A stretch of DNA of 62,102 nucleotides, filler included, from Asterionella formosa (lineage: Eukaryota), in the NCBI GenBank assembly GCA_002256025.1. It is 17 parts of 17 records of this genome, joined end to end, with 100 filler letters (N's around TTAATTAATTAA, not from the genome) between each part and the next. Parts side by side here need not be neighbours in the genome. Positions count along the whole stretch, not along the records: positions 36,652 to 40,206 come from NKIB01014057.1; positions 40,307 to 43,864 come from NKIB01014058.1; positions 43,965 to 47,514 come from NKIB01014059.1; positions 47,615 to 51,162 come from NKIB01014060.1; 13 more parts are not named here. One strand, given 5' to 3'. The notes beneath the pieces were generated by a model that saw nothing but the letters and a program-made list of their open reading frames with translations, did not search any database and was not told the origin of the DNA. Positions 38,553 through 50,983 of the stretch are shown here, piece by piece (within the stretch, counting starts at the first letter, position 1; every line of letters starts with the position of its first letter). Position numbers and translations under genes: made by a program.

Positions 38553-39560
38553 CATGATTTTGTGAGGTATGGAATTTGAATCTCCGGATGTAATAGGAGA
38601 TGTTCTTCTTGTCCTGATTCCAGTTTTGTTATTCTAAGCGAAATGTCCATCAGTTTGGCCACCTCATCGTCAGCGTATTTATGGTACAGGAAGCCTTCCA
38701 CTGCACGGGTACCCTGCTCCACTGTGAGGTCTACCATGCTTAGAGCTCCTCTCTCCATGGGGCCATACACTGATGCCTTTGGGAAATTTTGATTGAAACC
38801 CATTTTAGCTAGGCTCGCTCTGCGGGTATTTTTTTGAATGCCTTCGAGTTGTTTGCCCATCATACCGGTGAGATGGGTAGCGAATATGTCATGATCTGAG
38901 GTGCCCATATGATTCTATGGGCTTGGCGTGCATCCTGCCTTTGAAGTTGGTGCGACATTGTGAGGACTGCATGTGTGTTGCTTTTGATTTTCAGTCTCTC
39001 TTCCTCGTCTCTCCACTGCCCTGACGGACTTGTCGAAATGCCTAGTGATTTATTGCTGAGATTTGCTGCTCTGCTGTGCTTGATTCTTTTCTTGGTAGTT
39101 TCTCAGCCCGAGCTCAATTCCAGTGCTGAATAGGTTCCTGGAGTTGTTTCATAAAATCCGGTGTCTAATGAGTCCATGGGTTGCAGGCTAGACATTTGCG
39201 GGTATCCCAGGGAGTCCCAGCCCAGTACCAGTGGATCAGCTGGTAGTAGCACTTTGAAAGTTCAAACAGCAGTTTTTCCCACAGCCAGTTGAGCACATTT
39301 TGTAAGTGTGGTTGTCATATAGGAGAGGTCCATGGGATCTTGTCCTGTGGGCCCAGTGAAACACAGGGATGTATCATCAACAAATCCGTCTGCCTGACGT
39401 TGCGAAAGTATCGTTTTTGTGGGATCCTGAAATTGTAGGCTATGAGTGGTGTTTTGTGAGTATGCTGTTAGTAACACTATGCAGATGGAGAGCCAGATTG
39501 CTGGTGATGCTCCGCTGCCTTGGCCTGTTCCTGCCAGTGGTTCCTTGTTGCTTCCTGTGT
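38553..39560 (-). mobile_element. Non-LTR retrotransposon (LINE) RT fragment, degenerate
   Basis: GTGQGSGASPAIW and GFVDDT RT motifs, then KMGFNQNFPKASVYGP, with frameshifts. Clade (possibly Ambal-like) not determined. Confidence 0.85.
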
Positions 39561-40306
39561 AATGGTCTGTGGAGGTGCCATAATGCCCAGTCTGAGTGGG
39601 CCATTATGGCCTCTTTGGGCAGTCCAGGGGCTGTGCTATGAAAATTCCACGTGTACCTCCATGGTATTAGAAAGCGTGTTAAAATTGAGTTTCAATTTTT
39701 ATGCCACTGTGTATTCATGACAGTTTGGTTCTGAACGTGAAATTAATTAAGTTTTTGCCAAACATTCTCAGGGGGGAAATAAAGCCAGAGAAGTTAGCCA
39801 AAGTGTAATTAGTGTAGGAAAGAATTGATGTGAGATACATCCAGGACCTGAATGATATGTGTAATATTTATATTAGCATTAAGCTTATATTTTGCCATTG
39901 CTGATCCATATAATATAGTTACTCAATGAAGCATTGACTGGTATTGTCATTACTGAGACTGGTGTGCTTATCTCAGCCTGTTAATTATTGAACGAAATGT
40001 TTTAAAACATGAAATTTTTGTGCTAATCTTACGCTGGAATACAAATCCCTGTATCCGCAACCAGACAAAATATTTACTTCAGCAATGATGATGAAGAATC
40101 CTTCACAATCTCCAAAATTATTTCACCTCTGTATATATCATGTACACATTCCTATTTTCGATTTGCTCTTTCAGGAATGCCAGAATTGTCCGCAATCACA
40201 TCCATCNNNNNNNNNNNNNNNNNNNNNNNNNNNNNNNNNNNNNNNNNNNNTTAATTAATTAANNNNNNNNNNNNNNNNNNNNNNNNNNNNNNNNNNNNNN
40301 NNNNNN

Positions 40307-41358
40307 GTTGTGCCTCAAGATCACAATCAGACAACGATTCTTCTGACTGTCCTTTTAAGCCACTCATCCAAGAGTCCGCAATTCTCAACAAGGACATACT
40401 TACATGGTCCTTTGCATCAGGATAAGGAAGCTCAACATCAATGTAAGTATCAATTTGTTTCTTTGTTCGTTTCCAGCGCCCTCTGAAGTCAATATTGTCT
40501 TGTGAGCAGCCGCATTGTTGTGAATATGTCGATGGATACTGTCGTAGACTGTGTGTTCCAATCGGACCACTATTTAATCCCTGGAACTCACCATTGTTCC
40601 ATTCCTCCTTCAGGATCTCATATGCCCTCTTTTTCGCAACTATTGGATTGTTGGTTTCAAGAGGGATGACCCAGGGATTTTCAGGGGATGCGCCTCTGTC
40701 CATTGATTCCGTCTCAAGATGGATCGACATGGAAAGAAGAACACGCACAATAGAGCGGCGATATGGCTCCAAGGAGAATTTGTTTGGGTGCCTCTCTCTC
40801 CTCTTTCACATTCTTAGACCAGCATAGCTGGTAGATCAGAGCAAAGGGGAAGCGCACACAGGGCAGTACATCTTCTTTTTCTAGTTGACAACAATCATCA
40901 ATGCGGCCAACCATTTGAAACTGGAATGTGCAAAGTGCAGGCATCTGGTAGCGCCGGACGCCATCAGAGCATGATCGAAGGCAAGTAATAGTGTTGGTGA
41001 ACTCATCCAACTCCAGAAGCCGTACTGCTGCTGATTTTTTCCCTTGTTTTCTCACCTCTTTCTTTTTCACTGCCTTGATCAGTTCATTGACAGGAATTGA
41101 CCTGGTTGGGTTGCCACACCTGATGAGACTATTCCAACTGGCAAGTTTGTTTGGCATAAAGTATGACAGTGCTTTTTTATAGTACTGCAGGGAAGTTGAT
41201 CGGCCTAATGTTGGATTGTCATCGCCATTTGGGTCTGGACGACCATACACTTTGAATGCCATCCATTTGTAGATGTCCTCAGGCTGCAATTCACCTAGCT
41301 GCTCTTGACTAAATTCAAAGTTGAAATCATAGTCCATTCCATCTCTATAGGACATCAT
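40307..41358 (-). mobile_element. CryptonS-like tyrosine recombinase transposon gene, frameshifted near 40740-40770
   Basis: GNPTRS..VN.LIK.VKK.EVR, VGRIDD (R), WSKN (K), GTHSLR (HxxR), RGRW and DTYID (Y). Confidence 0.82.
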
Positions 41359-41769
41359 AGCAGCTAGCTAGTATCCTCTTATATTGAGCCCATTGTTGAG
41401 GCTCGTTCATTCCTCTTGTCCTTGTCATGATGATTTTATTATTATATTATTGTACGCCCTTATCTGCTACAGGAGGTATTCTTGATTCACAAGGCATGTT
41501 TTTTTGTTGATAACAATACAATGGGTAGAATTTTCGCCCTGGAAAATATCACTGTTAACCCTAACCTAGTTATTATGATGAGGTAGAATATGCTACCCAA
41601 ACGAGTGAAAAAATTCTACCAAAAATTCTACTCGGTAGAATTTTGAGCTGTTACATACCTCATACTGACCACGTAAAAATTTGCCAATACCTTGGAGGTA
41701 TTTTCTTTCCTCAGTAGAAGACTACCGAGGCCTACGGTATGCCGGATCAAATATCTTTTATATTTCTGA

Positions 41770-43864
41770 CGAGCAATTTTGGACAAGGAAATTCCAGAGC
41801 TGAATGACTATAATGCTAACTCTTCGTTCATTCTCCGGCTTGATGCGCAGTTGTATGGAAAAATGCAGTTGAATCATTGGATGCATCGAATCGGTTTCTG
41901 GCACCAAGTTATCGGAACTTGCTCGGCGTTTTGTTGAGGGATACATGCACCAAGTTATTGGAATTCTCGTATAGAGCAAACAGCCTTTAACGATCTGACA
42001 ACATGAACGTAGTAGTTGTGTGGAAGTAAGTTTGGAGTTTACGACCGTGATCATTGCGAACGACATTAAGATCCAACAAAAACGCAAAGGCAAGTGTTCC
42101 TTGCATCCAGTTCTTAGCTCTTATTTTCAATCGAAAGAAAGCTAACTACAAAGGGAATTGGAATGTGAAAAAATCACTTGAATGGGCTTTTTGAAATTCG
42201 GGTCGCGAGGCATGATTCAATGGTTCCATGCTAAAGGCGGTTTCTCAACGCTTGCTGACTATTTGTCAGTCAGGATCAATACACCGCTTTTCCCTTTGTT
42301 GGAGTTTTTGCATCAGATTCTGAACGCACTCGTTTGATGCCGTTCCCAGTCGACAAATTGGAAACGATGACAAGTCGTCTGCAAAGGAGATGGAAGATCA
42401 TGTGATCATGTGATCATGGTATCACAAGCTGTGATGGATTACATGAACAGCTTCACCAATGAATCCCTCAAGAAACAACCACCGGAGCTGATCATCAACT
42501 GTCGCGAGTATTTGCAGAAAATCTTTGATCGTCTCGTTGTCTCTCGTCGTCGAAAGCAGATATATAAGTTTTATTCGGTTTGGCGCGGTCTGATTTTGAT
42601 GTGATCACGTCTCGATCACTTCCCTTGAGACTAACTGGTTGGGAACAGCTCAAGGATTGTATCGAGGCATGCAAAAATCATCGTCCACCACCAAAGATGT
42701 TCGAGGTGTCTCAAGCAGGAGGTCTCCCGATTACAGCTGACGGGTATGCCCGGTGTTCCCGGAAAGGACCTGACACTGTTTCGTTGTACAATGCGCTCAC
42801 AGCAAAAATGGTGGTTTCTATCTGAGGCAGACGAAGAGCAACTGGGAACGGATAGAGACATTAATTATTACCAGTACAAGTCGAAGGATGATGAGGAGTT
42901 GCAACCTCCCCCTCGCGTGGATGGGTAACATGCCGAAATGCCGGCATTGATCCTCTACCGCAGTTGTGGGGCGGAGGTCTGATGGTAGGTACCAAAGGGT
43001 GAAGAGTACAATACTCTCGAGCACTTACTAGCAAGATGGGCAATTGAAAATAACATTGTTGAACTTTTCTTGGGCGCATCGTTGCACCATGAAGTTGTAA
43101 ATAGATCAACTCCAATTGATTGACTGTTTTGCCTCCATGTGCGAGCACGATGAGCCAGTCAAGGGGGTACCGGATGGTGGAGTCGGTCCTAATGCATTTT
43201 GCTTGAAAGCAGAGCATTTGCTCCTTGCTTGGAGAACTTGTGCAAGCAAGGCCGATGCAGCTGTCTCCGATGAGATTTATCACATGCTTGTATCCATTCT
43301 TGTCCATCGCTTCCAAGAAATCTCCATGCAATATCGCTTGTCCGGGCTGTGGAGGACACTTTAATGCTGCAAAAGGTAGCTCACTGTTTGAAGTTGCCGA
43401 GTTTTGTGGTGCACTTGCAACATGAGCAAACATGGACGCCAAAGCAGGGCAACTTGGTGTGCACTACTTTCGCTCAGAAGTGGTCCGCGTTGAGGTACTT
43501 ATGCTTCTCTGGGCTGTACTGACCCACCCAAATGCGTCCGCTCTGAAAAACTACGAGATTTTGAAGCAGTATGTTACCAACGAGCTTCGTATTGACCCAT
43601 TGGGTGGATCGTATCGTGAAACATTCCTTAAATCATGCACAAAATCGCTGGCATTGAATGCGGAACAATTGGCAGGAGGTACACCCGTTGACGAGTTTTT
43701 AGCTTTGCGAATGGTGCACTTGACCGTTTTTGTGTTGGGAAGCATGCCCACCTGAACAGGCGATGGCCATTTGTCAACGCAAATCAAGGAAGGTTGGCGT
43801 CCCTTCTTTTCAACGAATTAACGGCTTACTTGTCAAGGCATAAGGCTGATGTGAAGTCATCACC
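41770..43864 (+). pseudogene. Decayed N-terminal region of a USP9/24/34-like ubiquitin-specific protease
   Basis: Fragments WFHAKGGF, SRSLPLRLTGWEQL, FRCTMRSQQKWWFLSEADEEQ, WAIENNIVELFLG and HLLLAWRTC across frames, with many stops. Family call is from recalled similarity only. Confidence 0.5.
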
Positions 43865-44915
43865 NNNNNNNNNNNNNNNNNNNNNNNNNNNNNNNNNNNN
43901 NNNNNNNNTTAATTAATTAANNNNNNNNNNNNNNNNNNNNNNNNNNNNNNNNNNNNNNNNNNNNAGTATAGCTAATGAAAACCGTAATTAGATGAAATGT
44001 GACTTCCGGTTTCTAATATTGTACATTGTTGCACTAATGAAACTTGAATCCATAAATGGGCATTCAACTTGTGCTTGCTTCTTGCATTTTTGCAGTATAG
44101 ACTGGCTGGTGGGCGATAGGCCAAGCAAAGTGTCTCGCTTTTCATGAACATCTACAAGGTAGCTACTAGTGCTTTTGTCGAGGTTTGTGTCTAAATCCAA
44201 CTGCTGCCATCCATTGAAATATTCCAGATACATCAAAGAATAGCTACGCTCCTGTCTTCAAAGGTAAGGAACTAGTACGATGACAAAGAAAATCTAATGA
44301 GACATGAAAATTTCGAAACCAGAATCACTCTGTTACTATAAATAGACGGCACAGTCTCTTGCCACCAACATCAGATGTATCGATTTCATCGTTTGTCCGA
44401 CGAAATATGGATGATGCGACTACATGAATACCTCGAGAAGACAAGCAATCCAACAATCAACAGCATCCATTAGGCAAAGAATCGCTACTGGCATCATCGC
44501 GGAACTGATTTCGCTTCAAACCAGTCATGATGGAAGATGATTGGCATGGTGAATGGTGAATTGTTGGAGTCCACTTTTCAGGAGACGAACAAAAACGAGG
44601 TGAATTCTAGATATCATCAAAATCTGTATAGTATATAAAATGGTTTCCTTAAGTAGACCCCTTGCCGATTTCGGCAATCCCAGGGCTGGAAAACCGAGGG
44701 GCAATTGGCGTCTGTTGTCTTGCCAAAATGCGAACATATGTATTTTAATGATGGGCAATATCGGACCTTTGGCAATTTTCGAGGTGAAGATAGGAAATCT
44801 ACAAAATATATTTTATATGATGGGCAATAGTAGGCTAAAATTGACATTTATGCTATATTTGTGGGCAGTAGGTAAGCGAATGACGCCATGATAGCTAGAG
44901 CGGGAATTGCCTCAA

Positions 44916-45094
44916 CAATACCCTTCTCGGCGGCTACTTGCCTTCTCGAATACATGTGTTCTCGACTGGGATGGCACTCGTTGGGTGACCTTCTCGCAGC
45001 GCCGGGGTGCCACTCGTACGGTCAACCTACTCGCGCCACCCAGCCTCGAACACATGTATACTCGCAGGCAAGAGACCACCTCGGGCGTGTATTG
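44916..45094 (-). other. Long foldback hairpin with five opposed CTCG (minus strand CGAG) motifs
   Basis: Arms cttgcct/aggcaag, atacatgtgtt/aacacatgtat, ctggg/cccag and caatac/gtattg, with ten symmetrically placed CTCG. Confidence 0.75.
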
Positions 45095-45260
45095 CCTTCA
45101 GCAGATGTTGTATACACGTAGCAACAGTCTCAACCTAAGTAGACTGCTGGTAGTCCATTCGAGATTACAGTATAACATTGAAACGTTTGTTTGATCTTTG
45201 TCTCTTCACGAGATCTTTACAATTAGATCCTTGTCGTTGTTTTCCGGTGGTTCTTCTGTC

Positions 45261-47514
45261 ATGCATAACTATGGAGGCTTGATGCGCTTCAACCGCACCG
45301 GTCGTCTCTACGGTCGAAGCAGAGAAGTGAGTATCCTATTGGATGCTTTTACACGTGTCAGGATTGGTGCAACTGAAGCGGTCCTTGTTTCAGGCGAAGC
45401 AGGCGCTGGAAAGAGCAATGTCGCCGAATCCCTTCGAGGCCCTGTGACTTCGATCGAATTTTCTGGTTACTTCATCGCTGGAAAGTATGACCAGCTTAGG
45501 CTAAACGAACCCTTTAGTGCGATTGTGAACGCGTTCAATGACTTAGCTGAAATCATAAGTCTCACAGAAGGTTCTCATTCACGAAGAAGCAGCATTAAGG
45601 AAGCTCTTGGGGATGAGGCTTGTTTGCTCTGCAAATTGATCCCGAATATTTCAAATTTGCTTGGACAAAAGAAAAATCCAGAGGAGGAAGTGGGGGGTAA
45701 CATGATGGACATTGTTTCCAAATTGACTCTGGCCTTTCGAAGATTTGTAGGCGTTGTTGCCACAAAAGAGAGCCCATTGTGTATATTCCTTGACGACATT
45801 CAATGGGCAGATCAAGCATCCATACAAGTGATACGAGGCCTTATTACGGACATTAGGAGCAAACATGTTCTTTTAGTATTGGCCTATCGAGATAATGATC
45901 TGAACGCTGCAAAAGTTGACGAGTTCTTTCAATGTTCCGAGAATGAAAAAATGGTGCATTTGACCAAGATATCAATTGGTAATCTTGATGTCGAGTCAAT
46001 TCATGACTTGATTTGCGATCAATTGAAAATGTCAACTTCTGATGAATCTATGAAATTGAGCGAATGCACATGGAAGAAGACTTCAGGAAATCCTTTCTTT
46101 GTACTTGAATTTCTGGATGAGTTACTTGGCAGGGGATTCATCGTTCGAACCGATTCATCGTGGTTGATGGATTTAGAGAAAATTCAAACCGAGACCAATG
46201 TGTCTGTCAATGTTGTCAATACGATCTCTAAACAGATGAAACGGCTACATCCCCATATAAGAGCTGTTTTAACATATGCCGCACATCTTGGCTTTCAGTT
46301 TCGACGCGATGTACTGGAAGCCATTGTGATCTCTGAACACGTATCGTCCAGTTTGAAGTTGATTCCATTGCACATAGAAATTGCAGAGATCAAGGGCCAA
46401 TTTACACAAGATCAATACCATGACAGAGTTTCCAGAATCCTGGATGCTGCAACTGCCGAAGGTATTATCGAAAAGTGTGATGATTCTGGAATCAAAATGA
46501 AGTTTGTGCATGACTACCCTCAGACTGTTCTTTATAATTCCATTCCCGAAGGAAGGGAACGGGCAATGATACAATTGACAATTGGTATTTATATAAGAGA
46601 GATGCTGCTACCAAAATGTAACGATTTTCTATTTCCTGTTGTGCACCATCTAAATCATGCATCGCCATACTTGGTTGAGGAAGGTGATCGTGTTGGCTTA
46701 TCACGACTCAACCTTGATGCAGCAAAGTTAGCAATAAGCGAGAAATCTGCGTTTTTGAGTGCCTCCGAGTATTTGCGATATGGTATCGATCTTCTTGATG
46801 CAGACACCATGTGGAGCAAGCATTACGAACTTTGTCTGAGACTGTTTAGCCTTTCTGCAGAGATCGGTTATCGTATTGGAGACTTTGCATATAGCGATAA
46901 AATGGCAAAAAGCATCATGGTAAATGCACGAACCATCGAAGATAAAGCATCTGCCTACTATTCGGAGATCGATGCACTGAATGCGCAAGCCATGCACACG
47001 CAGTCAATTGACAAATGTCTTTCAATTCTACAGGAATTGGGAGTGAAAGTGACAAGACATCCAACTACATTTGCCCTTCTTTGCTCATTTGCAAAGACGA
47101 AGAAATTGCTTCATAAGAAATCAGATGATTTCATTCTTTCATTGCCCCTTCTTGAAGAAAATGCGCAAGCTATTATGATCATGACCATTCTCATCAAAAT
47201 TTGCTCTGCAACCTATTTCCTTGGAGAAATGAACCTGGGGACATTTGCTATTTTACGCGTCGTTCAATTGTCCCTAAAGTATGGTATTTCATCAATGTCA
47301 CTTCCTGCATTTGCTGCTTATGGTAGATTGGAATCAACGCTGGGAAATTCAGAAAGTGCATATCGGTTTGGCATGCTTGCACTCAAACTACTGGACAAAC
47401 AAAGTTGTCAGAAGAAGCACATCTGTATAACTATGGTGTATTCATGGACTTTCAATTTACATGGGAAAAGATCATTAACCGAAGTTGCCGACGCATTCAA
47501 ACAAGCCCAAGTTG
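45261..47514 (+). CDS. AAA/STAND-type predicted ATPase (COG3899-like) with helical-repeat C-terminus, 3'-truncated
   Basis: LYGR, Walker A GEAGAGKS, Walker B IFLDDIQWAD, TSGNPFF and FVHD motifs. The true start is uncertain. Confidence 0.85.
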
Positions 47515-47614
47515 NNNNNNNNNNNNNNNNNNNNNNNNNNNNNNNNNNNNNNNNNNNNTTAATTAATTAANNNNNNNNNNNNNNNNNNNNNNNNNNNNNN
47601 NNNNNNNNNNNNNN

Positions 47615-49076
47615 AGGCCCGGCTGATTCTAGGAGGTCACATGATCGATGCCTCAGGACACGATACATACACGACCAACATGAAAGGAATCAGTGCCAGA
47701 ATCCTCATGCTTATTGCAAGTGCAAACGAACTCAGGGTATTAACAGGGGATATAGGGAATGCGTATTTGTATGCCAGCACAAATGAAAAAAAATTCTGCA
47801 GGCTAGGAGAAGAGTTCAGCATAGCAGGGCATGGGGCAACTGGAAGGATTGCAGTGCTTGAAAAGGCACTGTATGGCACCAAGAGCGCTGCAAACCGATG
47901 GCATGCACATCTAGCAGACACCCTACGATGTATGGGTTTTGCAACAAGCAGATATGATGCAGAAATTTGGTACCAAGCACGTAGTGATGGCTCTGGCTAT
48001 GATTACATCGGGACAAATACTGATGACCTGATGATAGTGGCAAAGAACCCGGAAGGGTACTTTGAGGTGCTACAGGAGAAGTATACGATAAAGAAGATTG
48101 GCCCATCTACATTTCACCTGGGATGTGATTACGTAAGGGGACCAGATGGTAAATGGAGCATAGGAACAGAAACCTACGTCAAGGAAACCCTGGAGAGAGT
48201 GAAAACCATGCTAGGCCGGAAGGACCTTGGCAAGGATGATGCACATATCTCACCAACATTCCATCCAGAGCTAGACAATTCACAACTACTAGATGTCGAC
48301 CAACACAGGTTGTACCAACAACTAGTTGGAATAGCCCAGTGGTTGATAACATGTGGTAGGCTTGATTTTTGCTATGCCATTTCGTCTTTAAGTCGATTCA
48401 GCTCTGCACCGCGGATAAAACATCTAAATGCACTGGAGCGAGTATTCAAGTATATCAACAAGAATAGAGCACTGGCATTAAGATAAATCCGGAAAATTAT
48501 GTCTTACCAAAGCATGACATCATGTACGAGAGCGCAGATTGGACTGAGCAGTACCCGGGAGCAATCGAAGAAATGGATGAGAAGTTCCCTACTCCACTAG
48601 GGAAGGAACTTAGCACAACCTTATACTTTGATTCAGACCACGCCCATGATCAGAAAACGAGAAGCTCTATTACTGGGATGATTGCCTTCATAGGATCTAC
48701 CCCAGTAACATGGGCATCGAAGCGTCAAGGGGCAATAGCAACTAGCACTTACACTGCAGAGCTATGTGCGGGTAGAACGGCTGCTGAGGAAGCCATCAGC
48801 ATTAGATACATGCTGAGATCTTTAGGGGTGCCCGTGACGACACGAACGCTATTATTGGGAGACAACCTAGGCTCGCTCCAAAGTACCTCGAATCCTGGGT
48901 CTGAATGCCATAAGAAACATAGTATGGTTAATTACCACTGTGTGCGAGAGTGTTGTGCATCTGGAATCATCCAACTCGCAAAGGTAGACACTAAGTTGAA
49001 TCTTAGCGATGGCTTTACCAAAGCTATCGAGAAGTCTATCTACCTTGATCATAGAAGATGCCATTTTGCAGCGTGA
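47615..49076 (+). mobile_element. Ty1/Copia RT-RNase H, frameshifted near 48486
   Basis: GDIGNAYL, LEKALYG, TNTDDL, YFDSDHA, WASKRQGAIATSTYTAE and NLSDGFTK motifs. Confidence 0.92.
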
Positions 49077-49147
49077 CATATATGATAACGAGGCAATGTG
49101 GTAGATTCACCATTACTTTAGAGGCACTACGTTCATAGCTTGAGGGG

Positions 49148-49544
49148 TGGTCAGGTACACATAGTACATTGTCATGTAGCTCCTACGGGCAAGCGATGGA
49201 AGTAGTGATTCCAACTACTGTAATATATTCACTGCCTGATCAAGGACGGGGTCACACAAAACCTCGTGGGGAGTAATCCCCCTTTGTGTGATGGACTAGG
49301 ACTACCTCCAGGTTTAAGTCTATCGGGTACGTAGCAATATGGAGGGACTGCATCTATACGTACGTTGTGATGTGGGTAGCAGGAGTCGTACGGCGAATGC
49401 GATGCTGCAGGAGCATAATAAACCTGCACAGATCCATGCACCAACCGGGAGTAACGCACCCGGAGGGTACGGAAAGCTATTTTCCAGCAGCAATGGACCA
49501 CCTGACCCTCTTGGAAGAGGCCTAAAGTAGTCTAGATCCTGACA
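49148..49544 (+). repeat. Probable 3' LTR of the Copia element
   Basis: Follows the purine tract gagggg. Termini tggtcagg...cctgaca are near-inverted. No second LTR is present to confirm. Confidence 0.55.
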
Positions 49545-50068
49545 CAAAGATGGAACAGAGCTGTGTACAGTCGGGTTTTTGGGAAAGAACATTGCTACTT
49601 TGGAGAAAACAAAATTTCAATATTAAGACAAGTTTGCTCCAATCATTGAGCTGTATGATGAAAGTGACAATCAAACAAAGAAGATTAGGAGCAACCACAA
49701 CCTTGGCTGGAGTGGCTTCATTTCGACTTTTTGATGACATCCAAAATCATGAGTAATGGATTGTTCTAAATGGTGCTTCTTTGAAAAAGGTTCAAAAATC
49801 TTGATTGAACAAGGATAGATTCAATACAAATTAACTAGTAGCTGAACATTATAAGACTTTAAACTGGTCATTGATTTAATTTCTATTTGTCAACAAAATA
49901 AATAATATATTTTCCATTTGCAAGTCAGACATGTAGTTTGAAAACGATATATTAAACAAATAAAAGATTTAATCACTAAATATTATCCAAATATACTACA
50001 ACTAAAGTAGACCAGCTTTGTATCCAATACTGGCTCAGGTCTTTGTGATCAACGACACAGTTACCTTG

Positions 50069-50172
50069 GCCCCTCACGGGATGGAAACTTGGCCGTAGTT
50101 GAGGGGCCCTCTCCCTTGATGTGTTGGCGGAATCTGCGTATTTCGTCCACACAAGGTGACCAATGTCCATCC
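50069..50172 (+). ncRNA. Candidate HDV-like self-cleaving ribozyme (variant)
   Basis: P1, P2, P3, L3, P1.1, P4 and J4/2 (CCAA) occur in the canonical order at the 5' junction of the insertion. Confidence 0.55.
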
Positions 50173-50983
50173 ACGAGCTGATAGGAGGCCGCTTTTCGCT
50201 TATAGGCGATTTAACGCTTATGTCCTGGGCCGCCCTCTTCTAAATAAAAGAGGGTACATTATCCAAGGCTTCTCTGGTCATTTCCAAAGAAGATATATTA
50301 GGGTGAAGCGTACATGGGGACCCAAAAATCTTGTCCCACGGTTACTAGGTAGGGGCTCTGGGACTCCCAGAGTCCCTGTCCCACCATCCTCTTGTCACTA
50401 GAGAGGAAAATTGTGAGGGTAGAAAAGAATGCTAAGTCCCTGGGGTGTCGGGACATGATGCCTTAATCTTGGGTAAGAGGTTGCATTTATGGGGTCCCTC
50501 ACTGTGCAGGGTGGTTAGACCAAAAAACCACCAGCCACAAGAGCAAATGGAACTGTTCCGCGGAGGGAGCAGCCCATTTGTTGGGTAGTTAGGTATGGGA
50601 CAGACGCAACTATGAATGACAGCCTAGCAGGCATAAGCCCCTGTTGGGCGTCAGTTCAGTGCTGTAAGACTTTGTGCTTACAGAAATGGGTCCCAGATAG
50701 GGGGGCTCCGCTCTGCTCCTCTCCTGGGGTCCCACACACCTCCACGGGCCAACGCACCAATGTGTAGGGCAGACCGAGTACTGGTCAAGACTGGGGAGTC
50801 ACAAGGTTTTTTAGTGAGTGCAAGTCTCACACTGCTTCGCCACCGTGGTGGGCGGCGGGGCGCCTCACCGGGCACAGGTTTGACAAACCTGTGGATGAAG
50901 TAGGAATTCTTTCTCAACACGCTATGACGTGAAGAGACCGGATAGGTTTTTTCCCTTGTCCCTGTGAACAGCCAAAAAAAAAA
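50073..50983 (+). mobile_element. Non-autonomous poly(A) retroposon (about 0.9 kb) with a 15-bp TSD
   Basis: cagttaccttggccc at 50058-50072 and 50986-51000, and A10 at 50974-50983. Removing the insert restores the pogo frame. Confidence 0.85.
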
